A DNA stretch of 24,000 bases. It comes from an uncultured Anaerolineaceae bacterium (lineage in GTDB: Bacteria > Chloroflexota > Anaerolineae > Anaerolineales > Anaerolineaceae). The notes beneath the pieces are model-generated. The model had not been told where the DNA came from, did not search any database, and was given only the letters and a program-made list of their open reading frames with translations. The stretch spans positions 31,346 to 55,345 of the forward strand of contig CAYRYL010000010.1 of assembly GCA_964428425.1 (NCBI GenBank), read 5' to 3'. Positions 7,663-14,961 of this stretch are shown here, piece after piece. Position 1 is the first letter of the stretch; the number at the start of each line of letters is the position of its first letter. The position numbers were made by a program, and so were the translations under genes.

Positions 7663-7711
7663 CCCCCTCTGAAGAGGGGGTTAATTGAGTTACCCCCTCC
7701 GTTGGAGGGGG
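7663..7711 (+). terminator. Twin C5/G5 hairpins downstream of the transporter gene (terminator or REP-like repeat)
   Basis: CCCCCTC-TGAA-GAGGGGG (7663-7680), followed by TTAATT, then CCCCCTCC-GTT-GGAGGGGG (7693-7711). Confidence 0.45.
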
Positions 7712-7787
7712 ACGGTAAAACCGGGGGGTGGTTGCGTGAAATTGTTTGAACTGGAAATGTAAGCAATTTAAATTGAAAGGACCCAAC

Positions 7788-8555
7788 GTGGCGCTAATAC
7801 AAATCGATCATGACTCTGATAAAGTAGGGGTTAATCTGCCCCTCAATCTCATCCTGCCGGATGACCTCACCAACGGCGGCAAGCCGCTTGAGGAGCGCAA
7901 GGTGCTCTACCTGCTGCACGGGCTTTCAGACGACGCCTCCGCCTGGCAGCGCTACACCAACATCGAGATCCTCGCCCGCGCGCACGGCTTGGTGGTGGTG
8001 ATGCCCACCGCCGGGCGCAGCTTCTACGCCGACATGGCGAACGGGCAGGCTTACTTCAGCTACATCACCGAAGAATTGCCCGCCTGGCTCGCGGCGACCT
8101 TCCGCATCTCGAGCGCGCGCGAGAACACCTACGTCGCTGGTCTCTCGATGGGCGGTTATGGCGCCTTCAAAGCTGCCTTTCTGCGTCCGGACCTCTACGC
8201 CGCTGCTTGCAGCCTCTCAGGCGTGCTGGCGCTCAACATATTTTTCGCACCGCCAGACAAGGTGGAAAACCCATCGCTGATGCACGAGTTTGGCATGATC
8301 TTCGGCGGACTGGAAGGGCTATCGGGGAGCATGCACGACCCGATGACCTGGCTGAAGAACGCCGCCGCGAACTCCACCCCCCTTCCCCGGCTCTACGCCG
8401 CTTGCGGGCTGGAGGACGACCTGCTCCCGCTCAACCGGCTGTTCGCGCACGCGGCAGCGCAGGTTGGCGTGCCGCTGCATTACCAAGAGGAAACTGGCGG
8501 ACATGAATGGATCTTCTGGCAGCGGCAAATTGAGAAGTTTATTTTAGCTATATAA
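7788..8555 (+). CDS. Esterase D / 'putative esterase' family alpha/beta hydrolase
   Basis: 'LYLLHGLSDD', the nucleophile elbow 'GLSMGGYGA' and C-terminal 'GGHEW'. The track start is TTG 7746. In-frame GTG 7788 is preceded by AAAGGA (7775-7780) and gives an N-terminus typical of the family ('ALIQIDHDS'). Confidence 0.85.
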   Translation: MALIQIDHDSDKVGVNLPLNLILPDDLTNGGKPLEERKVLYLLHGLSDDASAWQRYTNIEILARAHGLVVVMPTAGRSFYADMANGQAYFSYITEELPAWLAATFRISSARENTYVAGLSMGGYGAFKAAFLRPDLYAAACSLSGVLALNIFFAPPDKVENPSLMHEFGMIFGGLEGLSGSMHDPMTWLKNAAANSTPLPRLYAACGLEDDLLPLNRLFAHAAAQVGVPLHYQEETGGHEWIFWQRQIEKFILAI

Positions 8556-8562
8556 ATGCTAT

Positions 8563-9636
8563 CTACGCGCCGGTGACCTTCTCCCCATTCGTTTCCGGGA
8601 ACCAGTGCTTGGTACTGTTAATATAGCGGGTCAACATCAGCATTACGGGAACCTCGGTGAGCACACCCACCGTGCATACCAGCACGACCGGTGAATCCGG
8701 ACCGAAGAGCGTGATAGCGACCGCCACTGCCAGCTCGAAGAAATCCGATGCGGCGATCAGGGAGGCAGGTGCGGCGATGTTGTGCGGCAGCTTGGCGGCG
8801 CGGCATACCTGGTAAGAAAAAGCAGCGGAGATGATGTTCTGCAACACCAGCGGCACTGCAATCAGCAGCACATTAAAGGGGTTCTTCAGGATGACCCCGC
8901 CCTGGAAGGTGAAAATGATAATCAGGGTCAGAAGCAGACCAACCGTGGTGATGCTGTCGAACTTGGGCACGAACTTCTCGTTGAAAAATTCCAATCCCTT
9001 CCGCTTGATCAAAACCGCCCGGGTAATTGCCCCAGCGCTCAGCGGAATGACCACGAACAGGATGATGGAAAAGATCAGGGTGTCCCAAGGGATCTGGACC
9101 TTGTTGATGCCCAACAAAAAGGTGACCCACGGCACAAATAGGATAATGATCAGCAGGTCATTGACCGATACCTGCACCAGGGTGTGGGCAGGATCGCCCT
9201 TGGTGAGGTTGCTCCAAACGAACACCATCGCGGTGCATGGTGCCACACCCAGCAAAACTGCCCCCGTCACATAATCCCGTGCCAATTCAGTGGGGATGAA
9301 AGCTTTGAAGATGACATAAAAGAAAAGGGAAGCCAGCCCGAACATCAGCAAGGGCTTGATCAACCAGCTGCTTCCGGTTGAGATCACCAGACCAAGTGGA
9401 TTTTTTCGAACGTTCTTAATCGACTGAAAGTCAATTTTCATCATCATCGGGTAGATCATGATCCAGATCAGGATGGCAATGGGAATGTTTTGGTTCGCGT
9501 ATTGGATCTTACCGAGGAAATTCGGGATCCCGGGCAGGTACTTGCCGATCAGGATGCCGGCTGCCATACAAAGCAGCACCCAGACGGTTAAGTACTTTTC
9601 AAAAAAGCCGATACCAGCAGATTTTTCCTGTGCCAT
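8563..9636 (-). CDS. acr3: ACR3-family arsenite efflux permease
   Basis: 'GVAPCTAMVFVWSNLTKGD' contains the conserved ACR3 cysteine. 'IAILIWIMIYPMMMKIDF' is also present. The protein is 357 aa with about 10 TM segments. Confidence 0.93.
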   Translation of the reverse strand: MAQEKSAGIGFFEKYLTVWVLLCMAAGILIGKYLPGIPNFLGKIQYANQNIPIAILIWIMIYPMMMKIDFQSIKNVRKNPLGLVISTGSSWLIKPLLMFGLASLFFYVIFKAFIPTELARDYVTGAVLLGVAPCTAMVFVWSNLTKGDPAHTLVQVSVNDLLIIILFVPWVTFLLGINKVQIPWDTLIFSIILFVVIPLSAGAITRAVLIKRKGLEFFNEKFVPKFDSITTVGLLLTLIIIFTFQGGVILKNPFNVLLIAVPLVLQNIISAAFSYQVCRAAKLPHNIAAPASLIAASDFFELAVAVAITLFGPDSPVVLVCTVGVLTEVPVMLMLTRYINSTKHWFPETNGEKVTGA

Positions 9637-9639
9637 AAG

Positions 9640-9975
9640 TTAGCCTCTGATCTTTTTTAGAATTGCAACAACTTCTTCAATCTTGAGCACTTTACCATAA
9701 GAAACGACCTTGCTATCCACCACCAGTGCTGGCGTGGACATGACCCCGTAGGATGCGATCTGAGCAAAATCCCTGACGTGGTCGATGGTGGTATCCATTC
9801 CCAACTGCTCCAGGGCAGCTACTGTTGCAGCTTCGAGCTGGTTACACTTGGCACAGCCACTCCCCAACACCTTGACGCTCGCGCCTTCAGCCCTGGCGGC
9901 CTCGGCTTCCACGAAGCTAACTTCGTCGATCTTTCCGCAACACTCTTTTTTCTTTCTGAAATTTGACAGTACCAT
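9640..9975 (-). CDS. Thioredoxin-fold 'redox-active disulfide protein 2'-like protein with an N-terminal Cys-Cys extension
   Basis: 'VKVLGSGCAKC' (CxxC) and 'YGVMSTPALVVD' match the small TM0980/MTH895-type thioredoxin family. I prefer ATG 9975, preceded by GAAAGGAAGG, over track start 10011, which would overlap the upstream gene. Confidence 0.8.
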   Translation of the reverse strand: MVLSNFRKKKECCGKIDEVSFVEAEAARAEGASVKVLGSGCAKCNQLEAATVAALEQLGMDTTIDHVRDFAQIASYGVMSTPALVVDSKVVSYGKVLKIEEVVAILKKIRG

Positions 9976-10001
9976 GATACCTTCCTTTCGAATTAGAGAA
10001 T

Positions 10002-10535
10002 TCAACAACAACCGGATCGCTTATGCTTTCCTTTGTAGAAAACTTCAAGGTTTTCTGGCAATTTGTATTCACTGTCAGTGCAACAGCCTGCAGCAGGTGA
10101 CCAAAAAATACCCTTCAGGATCGCTTCAGCGAGCATCTCTTTAGGAGGAACTTCGTAAGTCTGCCCCTCATACACAAACACACGGCAATCCACAACGGAG
10201 CCACTGATGTCGCTGCAGCAGTCGCAGGGGTTTTCCTGCACCTTAAAACAAACATCCCGCCTATTCACACGGACAGTAGGCGATGATTCGAACATATACT
10301 TCCGCGCGAGTTCTGGGGTCTCCATTTTAATTTTGCGGTAGTCCAGGGCGTATCCGGCAAGGGTCAACGCAGGGTAGAGCCCGGTAAGAACCTCCTCAAG
10401 CACCTGCTCGGTGCCGATGCAGCGATTGCAGACCTGCAGATCCAGGTAAAGGTACTCCACCAAAACAGTTTTGAGCATTCGAATCTCAGAGTTTTCAGGG
10501 CGATAATGCTTTACGGGACTCAGATCAAGCGGCAT
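10002..10535 (-). CDS. DUF2703-like cysteine-rich protein
   Basis: 'YLDLQVCNRCIGTE', 'SPTVRVN', 'NPCDCCSD' and 'VFVYEGQTYEVPPKEML' resemble the DUF2703 pattern as I recall it. Vicinal Cys pairs also occur at 'AAGCCTD' and the C-terminal 'SGCC'. AGAGG lies 5 nt before ATG 10535. ATG 10478 ('MLKTV') is an alternative start. Confidence 0.7.
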   Translation of the reverse strand: MPLDLSPVKHYRPENSEIRMLKTVLVEYLYLDLQVCNRCIGTEQVLEEVLTGLYPALTLAGYALDYRKIKMETPELARKYMFESSPTVRVNRRDVCFKVQENPCDCCSDISGSVVDCRVFVYEGQTYEVPPKEMLAEAILKGIFWSPAAGCCTDSEYKLPENLEVFYKGKHKRSGCC

Positions 10536-10546
10536 GAGACCTCTGC

Positions 10547-11554
10547 TTATATGAATGCTTGCAGTGCGTTGAACAAATAGCCAACCAGAATGATACCAAT
10601 GACGCAGATAACAACAAACATCGCCAGTAGTTTGGGTTTAATTGCTTTTCGAAGCAACACAAGGGAGGGTGGCGAGAGAGTGGTAACCGACATCATGAAG
10701 GAAAGGACGGTGCCAAGTTGCGCCCCCTTGGAGAGCAGCGCTTCAGCGATCGGGATAGTACCGAAGATGTCGGCATAAAAGGGCAGACCCAAAATCGTAG
10801 CCAGGATGACTCCAAACGGATTGTTGCGACCAAGAAGCGAAACCACCCATTCGGTGGGAATCCAGTTGTGGATGAACGCGCCAATTGCGACACCGATTAA
10901 AATATAGGGAAATACTTTCTTAAAGGTAGAAACCATTTGTTCTTTGGCGTAGATCAAGCGGTCTCGCATGGTCAGGTCAGGGGAGTCGATATCCACGCTG
11001 CCCGCCCGCAGGACAAAGCTCTCGATGTAGGGCTCCATGTGCAGTTTCTCGATCAGCGAACCCCCCAAAATGGCAACAACTAGCCCAAGAATCACATAGA
11101 GCACGGCGATCTTAACGCCAAAGATACTGGTCAGCAGCACTAACGAACCCAAATCGACCATGGGAGATGAAATGAGGAAAGAGAATGTAACCCCCAATGG
11201 CAAACCCGCGGAAGTGAAACCAATAAAAATGGGCACCGACGAACAGGAGCAGAAGGGCGTAACCGTGCCGAGCAAGGCGGCAATCGTGTTCGCACCTAAA
11301 CCGTGAAACTTGCTGAGGATCTTTTTGCTGCGTTCAGGTGGAAAATAACTTTGGATGTAACTGATAAAAAAGATGAGTACGCACAACAAAACGGTGATCT
11401 TGACGACATCGTAGAGGAAGAATTGCAGGCTACTGATCCAACGGTTGGTGGTGTCAAGCCCCAAAGTAACCAGGAGGCTGCGAACAAGGTCATTCAACCA
11501 TTGCATTCCAAGGATTTGTATTTGAATAAAATCCCAAATAGACGTTGTTTGCAT
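10547..11554 (-). CDS. COG0701/DUF318 permease (ArsP-like putative organoarsenical/metalloid permease)
   Basis: The motif 'GTVTPFCSCSSVPIF' is characteristic of this family. The protein is polytopic, 335 aa, and sits directly downstream of arsR. Confidence 0.85.
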   Translation of the reverse strand: MQTTSIWDFIQIQILGMQWLNDLVRSLLVTLGLDTTNRWISSLQFFLYDVVKITVLLCVLIFFISYIQSYFPPERSKKILSKFHGLGANTIAALLGTVTPFCSCSSVPIFIGFTSAGLPLGVTFSFLISSPMVDLGSLVLLTSIFGVKIAVLYVILGLVVAILGGSLIEKLHMEPYIESFVLRAGSVDIDSPDLTMRDRLIYAKEQMVSTFKKVFPYILIGVAIGAFIHNWIPTEWVVSLLGRNNPFGVILATILGLPFYADIFGTIPIAEALLSKGAQLGTVLSFMMSVTTLSPPSLVLLRKAIKPKLLAMFVVICVIGIILVGYLFNALQAFI

Positions 11555-11557
11555 GGA

Positions 11558-11902
11558 TTACGCTTTCTGGAGATTGGTGGGATAAAGTTCGGTATTGCAG
11601 CAGTCGCAGTTTTCCACATTTTCTGGGAGAGCTGTCAATTGTTGTACAAGTTCAACAGCAGCAGGAGCACCTTCAGGGCAGATGCGGTAATAGGTCCATT
11701 TGCCTTCTTGCCGGCTGGTGACGATGCCGGAGTCAAGCAGGACTTTCATGTGGTAAGAAAGCCCTGACTGCCCACAATCGAGATTCTCCAGTAATTTGCA
11801 GGCACATTTCTCACCGCCACGCAGCATTTCAAGCACCTTCAAGCGAGTCTCATCGCAAAATGCTTTGAGTACTCGTACTTGGCTTTGAAAATCGCTGTTC
11901 AT
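11558..11902 (-). CDS. arsR: ArsR/SmtB-family metalloregulatory repressor
   Basis: 'ETRLKVLEMLRGGEKCACKLLENL...LSYHMKVLLDSGIV' shows a winged HTH with a CxC metalloid site in the alpha3 position. An extra C-terminal 'CDCC' is present. GAGG lies 5 nt before ATG 11902. Confidence 0.92.
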   Translation of the reverse strand: MNSDFQSQVRVLKAFCDETRLKVLEMLRGGEKCACKLLENLDCGQSGLSYHMKVLLDSGIVTSRQEGKWTYYRICPEGAPAAVELVQQLTALPENVENCDCCNTELYPTNLQKA

Positions 11903-11906
11903 TATC

Positions 11907-11955
11907 GCCTCACATTAAATATTTTTGATGTAAGAAAGTGTAAGCCTCACATTAA
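11907..11955 (-). promoter_or_regulatory. Candidate ArsR operator: duplicated 12-mer plus a 7-12-7 inverted repeat
   Basis: GCCTCACATTAA occurs twice, at 11907-11918 (covering the SD) and 11944-11955 (inside the promoter spacer). The inverted repeat CTCACAT-N12-ATGTAAG spans 11909-11934. Confidence 0.5.
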
Positions 11956-11965
11956 CTTTTGTCAA
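11937..11965 (-). promoter_or_regulatory. Sigma70-like promoter of the ars-type operon
   Basis: Minus strand: perfect TTGACA (11965-11960), 17-nt spacer, TACACT (11942-11937), about 35 nt upstream of the arsR ATG. Confidence 0.6.
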
Positions 11966-12014
11966 CCTCTTAAGGAGCAATTTCATTTTGAGGGCACAAA
12001 ACGCGCTACAAAGT

Positions 12015-12043
12015 TTGCTCTAATTCTTATTTTGGTTTATAAT
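12015..12043 (+). promoter_or_regulatory. Sigma70-like promoter for the divergent plus-strand genes
   Basis: TTGCTC (12015-12020), 17-nt spacer, perfect TATAAT (12038-12043), 58 nt upstream of GTG 12102. Confidence 0.45.
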
Positions 12044-12101
12044 GCAGGTGGAGAAGTAAATAGAGAAATCCACCAGTCGCTCCGGAAGAGGTTAATTTAA
12101 A

Positions 12102-12533
12102 GTGCCCCGTTTCTGGCGAGTATTGTTGATATCTTTAGTCATTGTCCTCGTGCTTTACGGCATTTACTTCGCCCTGGGCAGACCAGTAATCCCCCTGCCA
12201 ACAATCCCCTATAAAGTTTCACCCAGCCAGCCGCTTCATGCCATTATCGCTACAGATGGAGCCGACGAGCTCTTGCTGACGCTCAAAACTTCTGGTGAAA
12301 TAGACCTCATTTCAGAAGACAAATCCGTGGTTTCGCTGGACTATACGCCGGAAACTTTTGATAACACTCTCGACCTGGGCGAGAGATTGCTCATAGCACA
12401 AAAAACCGTCCAAAGTAATGGGGATGCCCCCGAAAGTTCTCCTTTTTTGCGGAAGTTGATAAACTGGGCCATTTCCTATTACTACCATATCATCCGTTTT
12501 CGCTTGTCCGTTTTACTAACAGCTTTACCTTAA
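12102..12533 (+). CDS. Hypothetical N-terminally membrane-anchored protein
   Basis: GTG start with GGAAGAGG 10 nt upstream. There is a single N-terminal TM segment ('FWRVLLISLVIVLVLYGIYFAL'). I recognise no family motif. Confidence 0.55.
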   Translation: MPRFWRVLLISLVIVLVLYGIYFALGRPVIPLPTIPYKVSPSQPLHAIIATDGADELLLTLKTSGEIDLISEDKSVVSLDYTPETFDNTLDLGERLLIAQKTVQSNGDAPESSPFLRKLINWAISYYYHIIRFRLSVLLTALP

Positions 12534-12577
12534 TAAACGCGCAGTAATCATAAAACAACAAAATAGAGGAAAAAAAC

Positions 12578-13399
12578 ATGAACAAAACACCTACTTTCAT
12601 TAAATTGCTTCTTGCAATCGTCCTGGTCCTCGGCATTGTGATGACGCAGCAACCCCCTATGGCAACTGCTGAGATCGCGAAGCAAGAAGGTCCAACCAAT
12701 ACGGTCCACATCGATGTCACCTTTGACCCCGGAACCAAGACCTACAGTTTGGGTGGTTTCTCAGCGGAGGAGTTGCGCCAGGTGGGTGCGCCTCAATTCA
12801 CAGATGAAATCTGGCAGGTTCTGGGCATGGTCAACAATGCCACCCTCAAAATCAAGGATGACATGATCGACGTCTTCACTGGTGATCAGCAGTTGCTTTC
12901 ACTCGCCTGGGATGGACCCTCACGTGAGATTCTCTATTCCCTCTTGGATGCCTACATCGAGCTTGGGAGAATTGATATCGAACGTGCCGAATCCTGGCTT
13001 GATAAAGCCGACATAGAGATCACCCTGCGGGAATCCAAGGAGCTCAGTAAGCCACTTGTGATCGCACTCGCAACCTTGGTGCAGGTGCAGGTGAAAGAAA
13101 ACGGCGAGTTGAGCGTGGAAGGTTTCCCAACCGGGATGTCGCTCACCCCTGAGACGCTGGCTATGATTAACACGGCTAGTGTTGAGAACCTCAAGCTATG
13201 TTGGAACAAAGGCGTGATCGATTTGCAGTTGAACGGTCAGGAACTCCCGCAGATAACCCTATACCAGGGTGGCTTGGGCGTGATTGACAAGGCATTCGGG
13301 CTCAACCTCGGCGACCTAACCCCGATCTTTGGATCAAGCTTAGGTGCTGGACTCGTCATTGGCGAAGCCGAACCGGTCACAGGTGAGTGCCTGCCGTAG
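12578..13399 (+). CDS. Hypothetical secreted protein
   Basis: The signal peptide is 'MNKTPTFIKLLLAIVLVLGIVMTQQPPMATA|EI', and GAGGAAAAAAAC precedes the ATG. I recognise no family motif. Confidence 0.65.
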   Translation: MNKTPTFIKLLLAIVLVLGIVMTQQPPMATAEIAKQEGPTNTVHIDVTFDPGTKTYSLGGFSAEELRQVGAPQFTDEIWQVLGMVNNATLKIKDDMIDVFTGDQQLLSLAWDGPSREILYSLLDAYIELGRIDIERAESWLDKADIEITLRESKELSKPLVIALATLVQVQVKENGELSVEGFPTGMSLTPETLAMINTASVENLKLCWNKGVIDLQLNGQELPQITLYQGGLGVIDKAFGLNLGDLTPIFGSSLGAGLVIGEAEPVTGECLP

Positions 13400-13443
13400 A
13401 TTTTTACCTGGCTAAAAGAGAAGAAACCTTATTCAAATAGGGA

Positions 13444-13484
13444 GGGCTGCCCCTGCAATGTTGGGGACGGCCCTTCATGTTTTA
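13444..13484 (+). terminator. Rho-independent terminator after the secreted-protein gene
   Basis: GGGCTGCCCC (13444-13453) pairs with GGGGACGGCCC (13463-13473): 10 bp with one bulged A and a 9-nt loop. The tail is TTCATGTTTT. Confidence 0.6.
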
Positions 13485-13602
13485 ATATGTGCATAGACCC
13501 TCACAGTCTGCTTAGCACGTCTTCCGTCTTCTATACATTGTTCCCCTCAAAGCAGCAATTTAGCTTTACAATCTATCCATCAACCCTGCCAAAGGATGCC
13601 CC

Positions 13603-14919
13603 ATGCCCCAAACAAAACTCCACCACCACATCACTCCCGCCGAACAAGGACTTTACCTCTTACTTCCATTCGAGATGCCCGTTGAAACAGCTCAATTGGA
13701 CCTGCGTTATGCTTATCAGACACACACAAGTGAGCCTATCCCCGTATCTGATGGGCAATTTAGCAGGACCAGGCGTATTAACATTGTCGACATTGGCCTG
13801 ATCGCGCCGGATGGCTCACAGGTGGGGGCCAGCGGCTCAAGCCGCTCAGAAATCATGGTCTCTGAGGGTTCAGCAACCCCTGGCTACCAACCACACCCAT
13901 TGACTCCAGGCACCTGGCAGATCATTCTAGGCGCGTATGTGATCGCCCCAGAGGGGGTCGATGTAAGCATTACGCTTGAATTCACTCCAAAAGTTCAGCG
14001 TTGGCTTTGCGGCGACCTCCATGTGCACACCCTGTCTTCGGATGGCAGCCTGCCGCTGGAGCATCTTGCGCAGCACGCCCGCATCCACGGGTTGGACTTC
14101 ATCGCTATTACTGATCACAACCAGCCAGTTAAGCGCGCATCTTTTCCGAAAGTGGCGGGGCTGACGATCATCCCGGGTCAGGAATGGACGCACTACATGG
14201 GCCACAGCAACTTCCTGGGTCTCGAGCATCCTTACCAAGGCAGTTTTATTGCCAACAGCCCGGAGGAAGTTCAGGCAATTTTCCGGGAAGCCCATCAAAA
14301 CGGCGCACTGATCAGTATCAATCACCCTTACGAGGCGAATTTTGGTTTTCGGTATGATCTGGACTCTATCGATTACGACCTGCTTGAAGTGTGGAACGGA
14401 CCCATGCGACCCACCAACCTGGAAGCCATCGCCCGTTGGGATGGGATGCTCAAGGCAGGACGCAAACAAATTGCCACCTGCGGCAGCGATTATCACGAAG
14501 ATACTTTCTTCCAGCGCCTGGCAAGCCCCTGCATTTACGTTCTGGCTGATTCCAACAGCGATTCCGACATCCTGAAGGCTGTCAAGGCTGGCAGGAGTTA
14601 CTTCACCTTCAGCCCCACCAGGCTCCAGTTGCTGTTGGATGTGGATGGGCACACCTACGGTGCCAGCCTTGCCTGGCGGGATGGAATGCAAGCTACGCTC
14701 AAAGGATTGGCATTGGAAAAAGGGGATGTCATCCGACTCATCACCCAGGAGGGTGCTCAGGACATCTTCACGGCTCCTGAAAAAGGTGATTTCGAGACCT
14801 CCATTCCAGTAAAAGGTCCCGGCTACTGGCGTCTGGAGGTATGGCGCACCTTCTTCAGCTTCCTGCCGCCCATGCCCGCCCTGGTCACGAATCCGATCTG
14901 GTTTGACAGGATAAAGTAG
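13603..14919 (+). CDS. PHP-domain metallohydrolase (CehA/McbA-like)
   Basis: The PHP metal-ligand motifs are 'GDLHVHTLSSDGS', 'FIAITDHN', 'INHPY' and 'CGSDYHED'. An N-terminal ~130-aa non-PHP region is present. AAAGGA lies 6 nt before the ATG. Confidence 0.82.
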   Translation: MPQTKLHHHITPAEQGLYLLLPFEMPVETAQLDLRYAYQTHTSEPIPVSDGQFSRTRRINIVDIGLIAPDGSQVGASGSSRSEIMVSEGSATPGYQPHPLTPGTWQIILGAYVIAPEGVDVSITLEFTPKVQRWLCGDLHVHTLSSDGSLPLEHLAQHARIHGLDFIAITDHNQPVKRASFPKVAGLTIIPGQEWTHYMGHSNFLGLEHPYQGSFIANSPEEVQAIFREAHQNGALISINHPYEANFGFRYDLDSIDYDLLEVWNGPMRPTNLEAIARWDGMLKAGRKQIATCGSDYHEDTFFQRLASPCIYVLADSNSDSDILKAVKAGRSYFTFSPTRLQLLLDVDGHTYGASLAWRDGMQATLKGLALEKGDVIRLITQEGAQDIFTAPEKGDFETSIPVKGPGYWRLEVWRTFFSFLPPMPALVTNPIWFDRIK

Positions 14920-14920
14920 C

Positions 14921-14943
14921 AAAAAGCCCGGGGTTCCCCGGGC
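14921..14943 (-). terminator. Terminator of the Liv-type operon (between convergent genes)
   Basis: GCCCGGGG-TT-CCCCGGGC is a perfect palindrome (14926-14943), followed on the minus strand by UUUUU (14925-14921). Confidence 0.65.
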
Positions 14944-14961
14944 TCTCATCGTCATAATTGT

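Noticed and set aside
7501-7749. 82-aa plus-strand ORF between the transporter and the esterase
   Set aside because: It is composed almost entirely of the short direct repeats and C5/G5 hairpins. It has no SD, and its sequence is an artefact of translating repeat DNA.
11303-11767. 154-aa plus-strand ORF spanning the permease/arsR junction
   Set aside because: It is antisense to two well-supported minus-strand genes and crosses their intergenic gap. It has no independent support.
13927-14955. 342-aa minus-strand ORF
   Set aside because: It is fully antisense to the PHP-domain gene, whose plus-strand product carries clear PHP metal-binding motifs (HVH, DHN, NHP, DYH). The antisense product has no motif or start-site support and is best read as a shadow ORF in GC-rich coding sequence.
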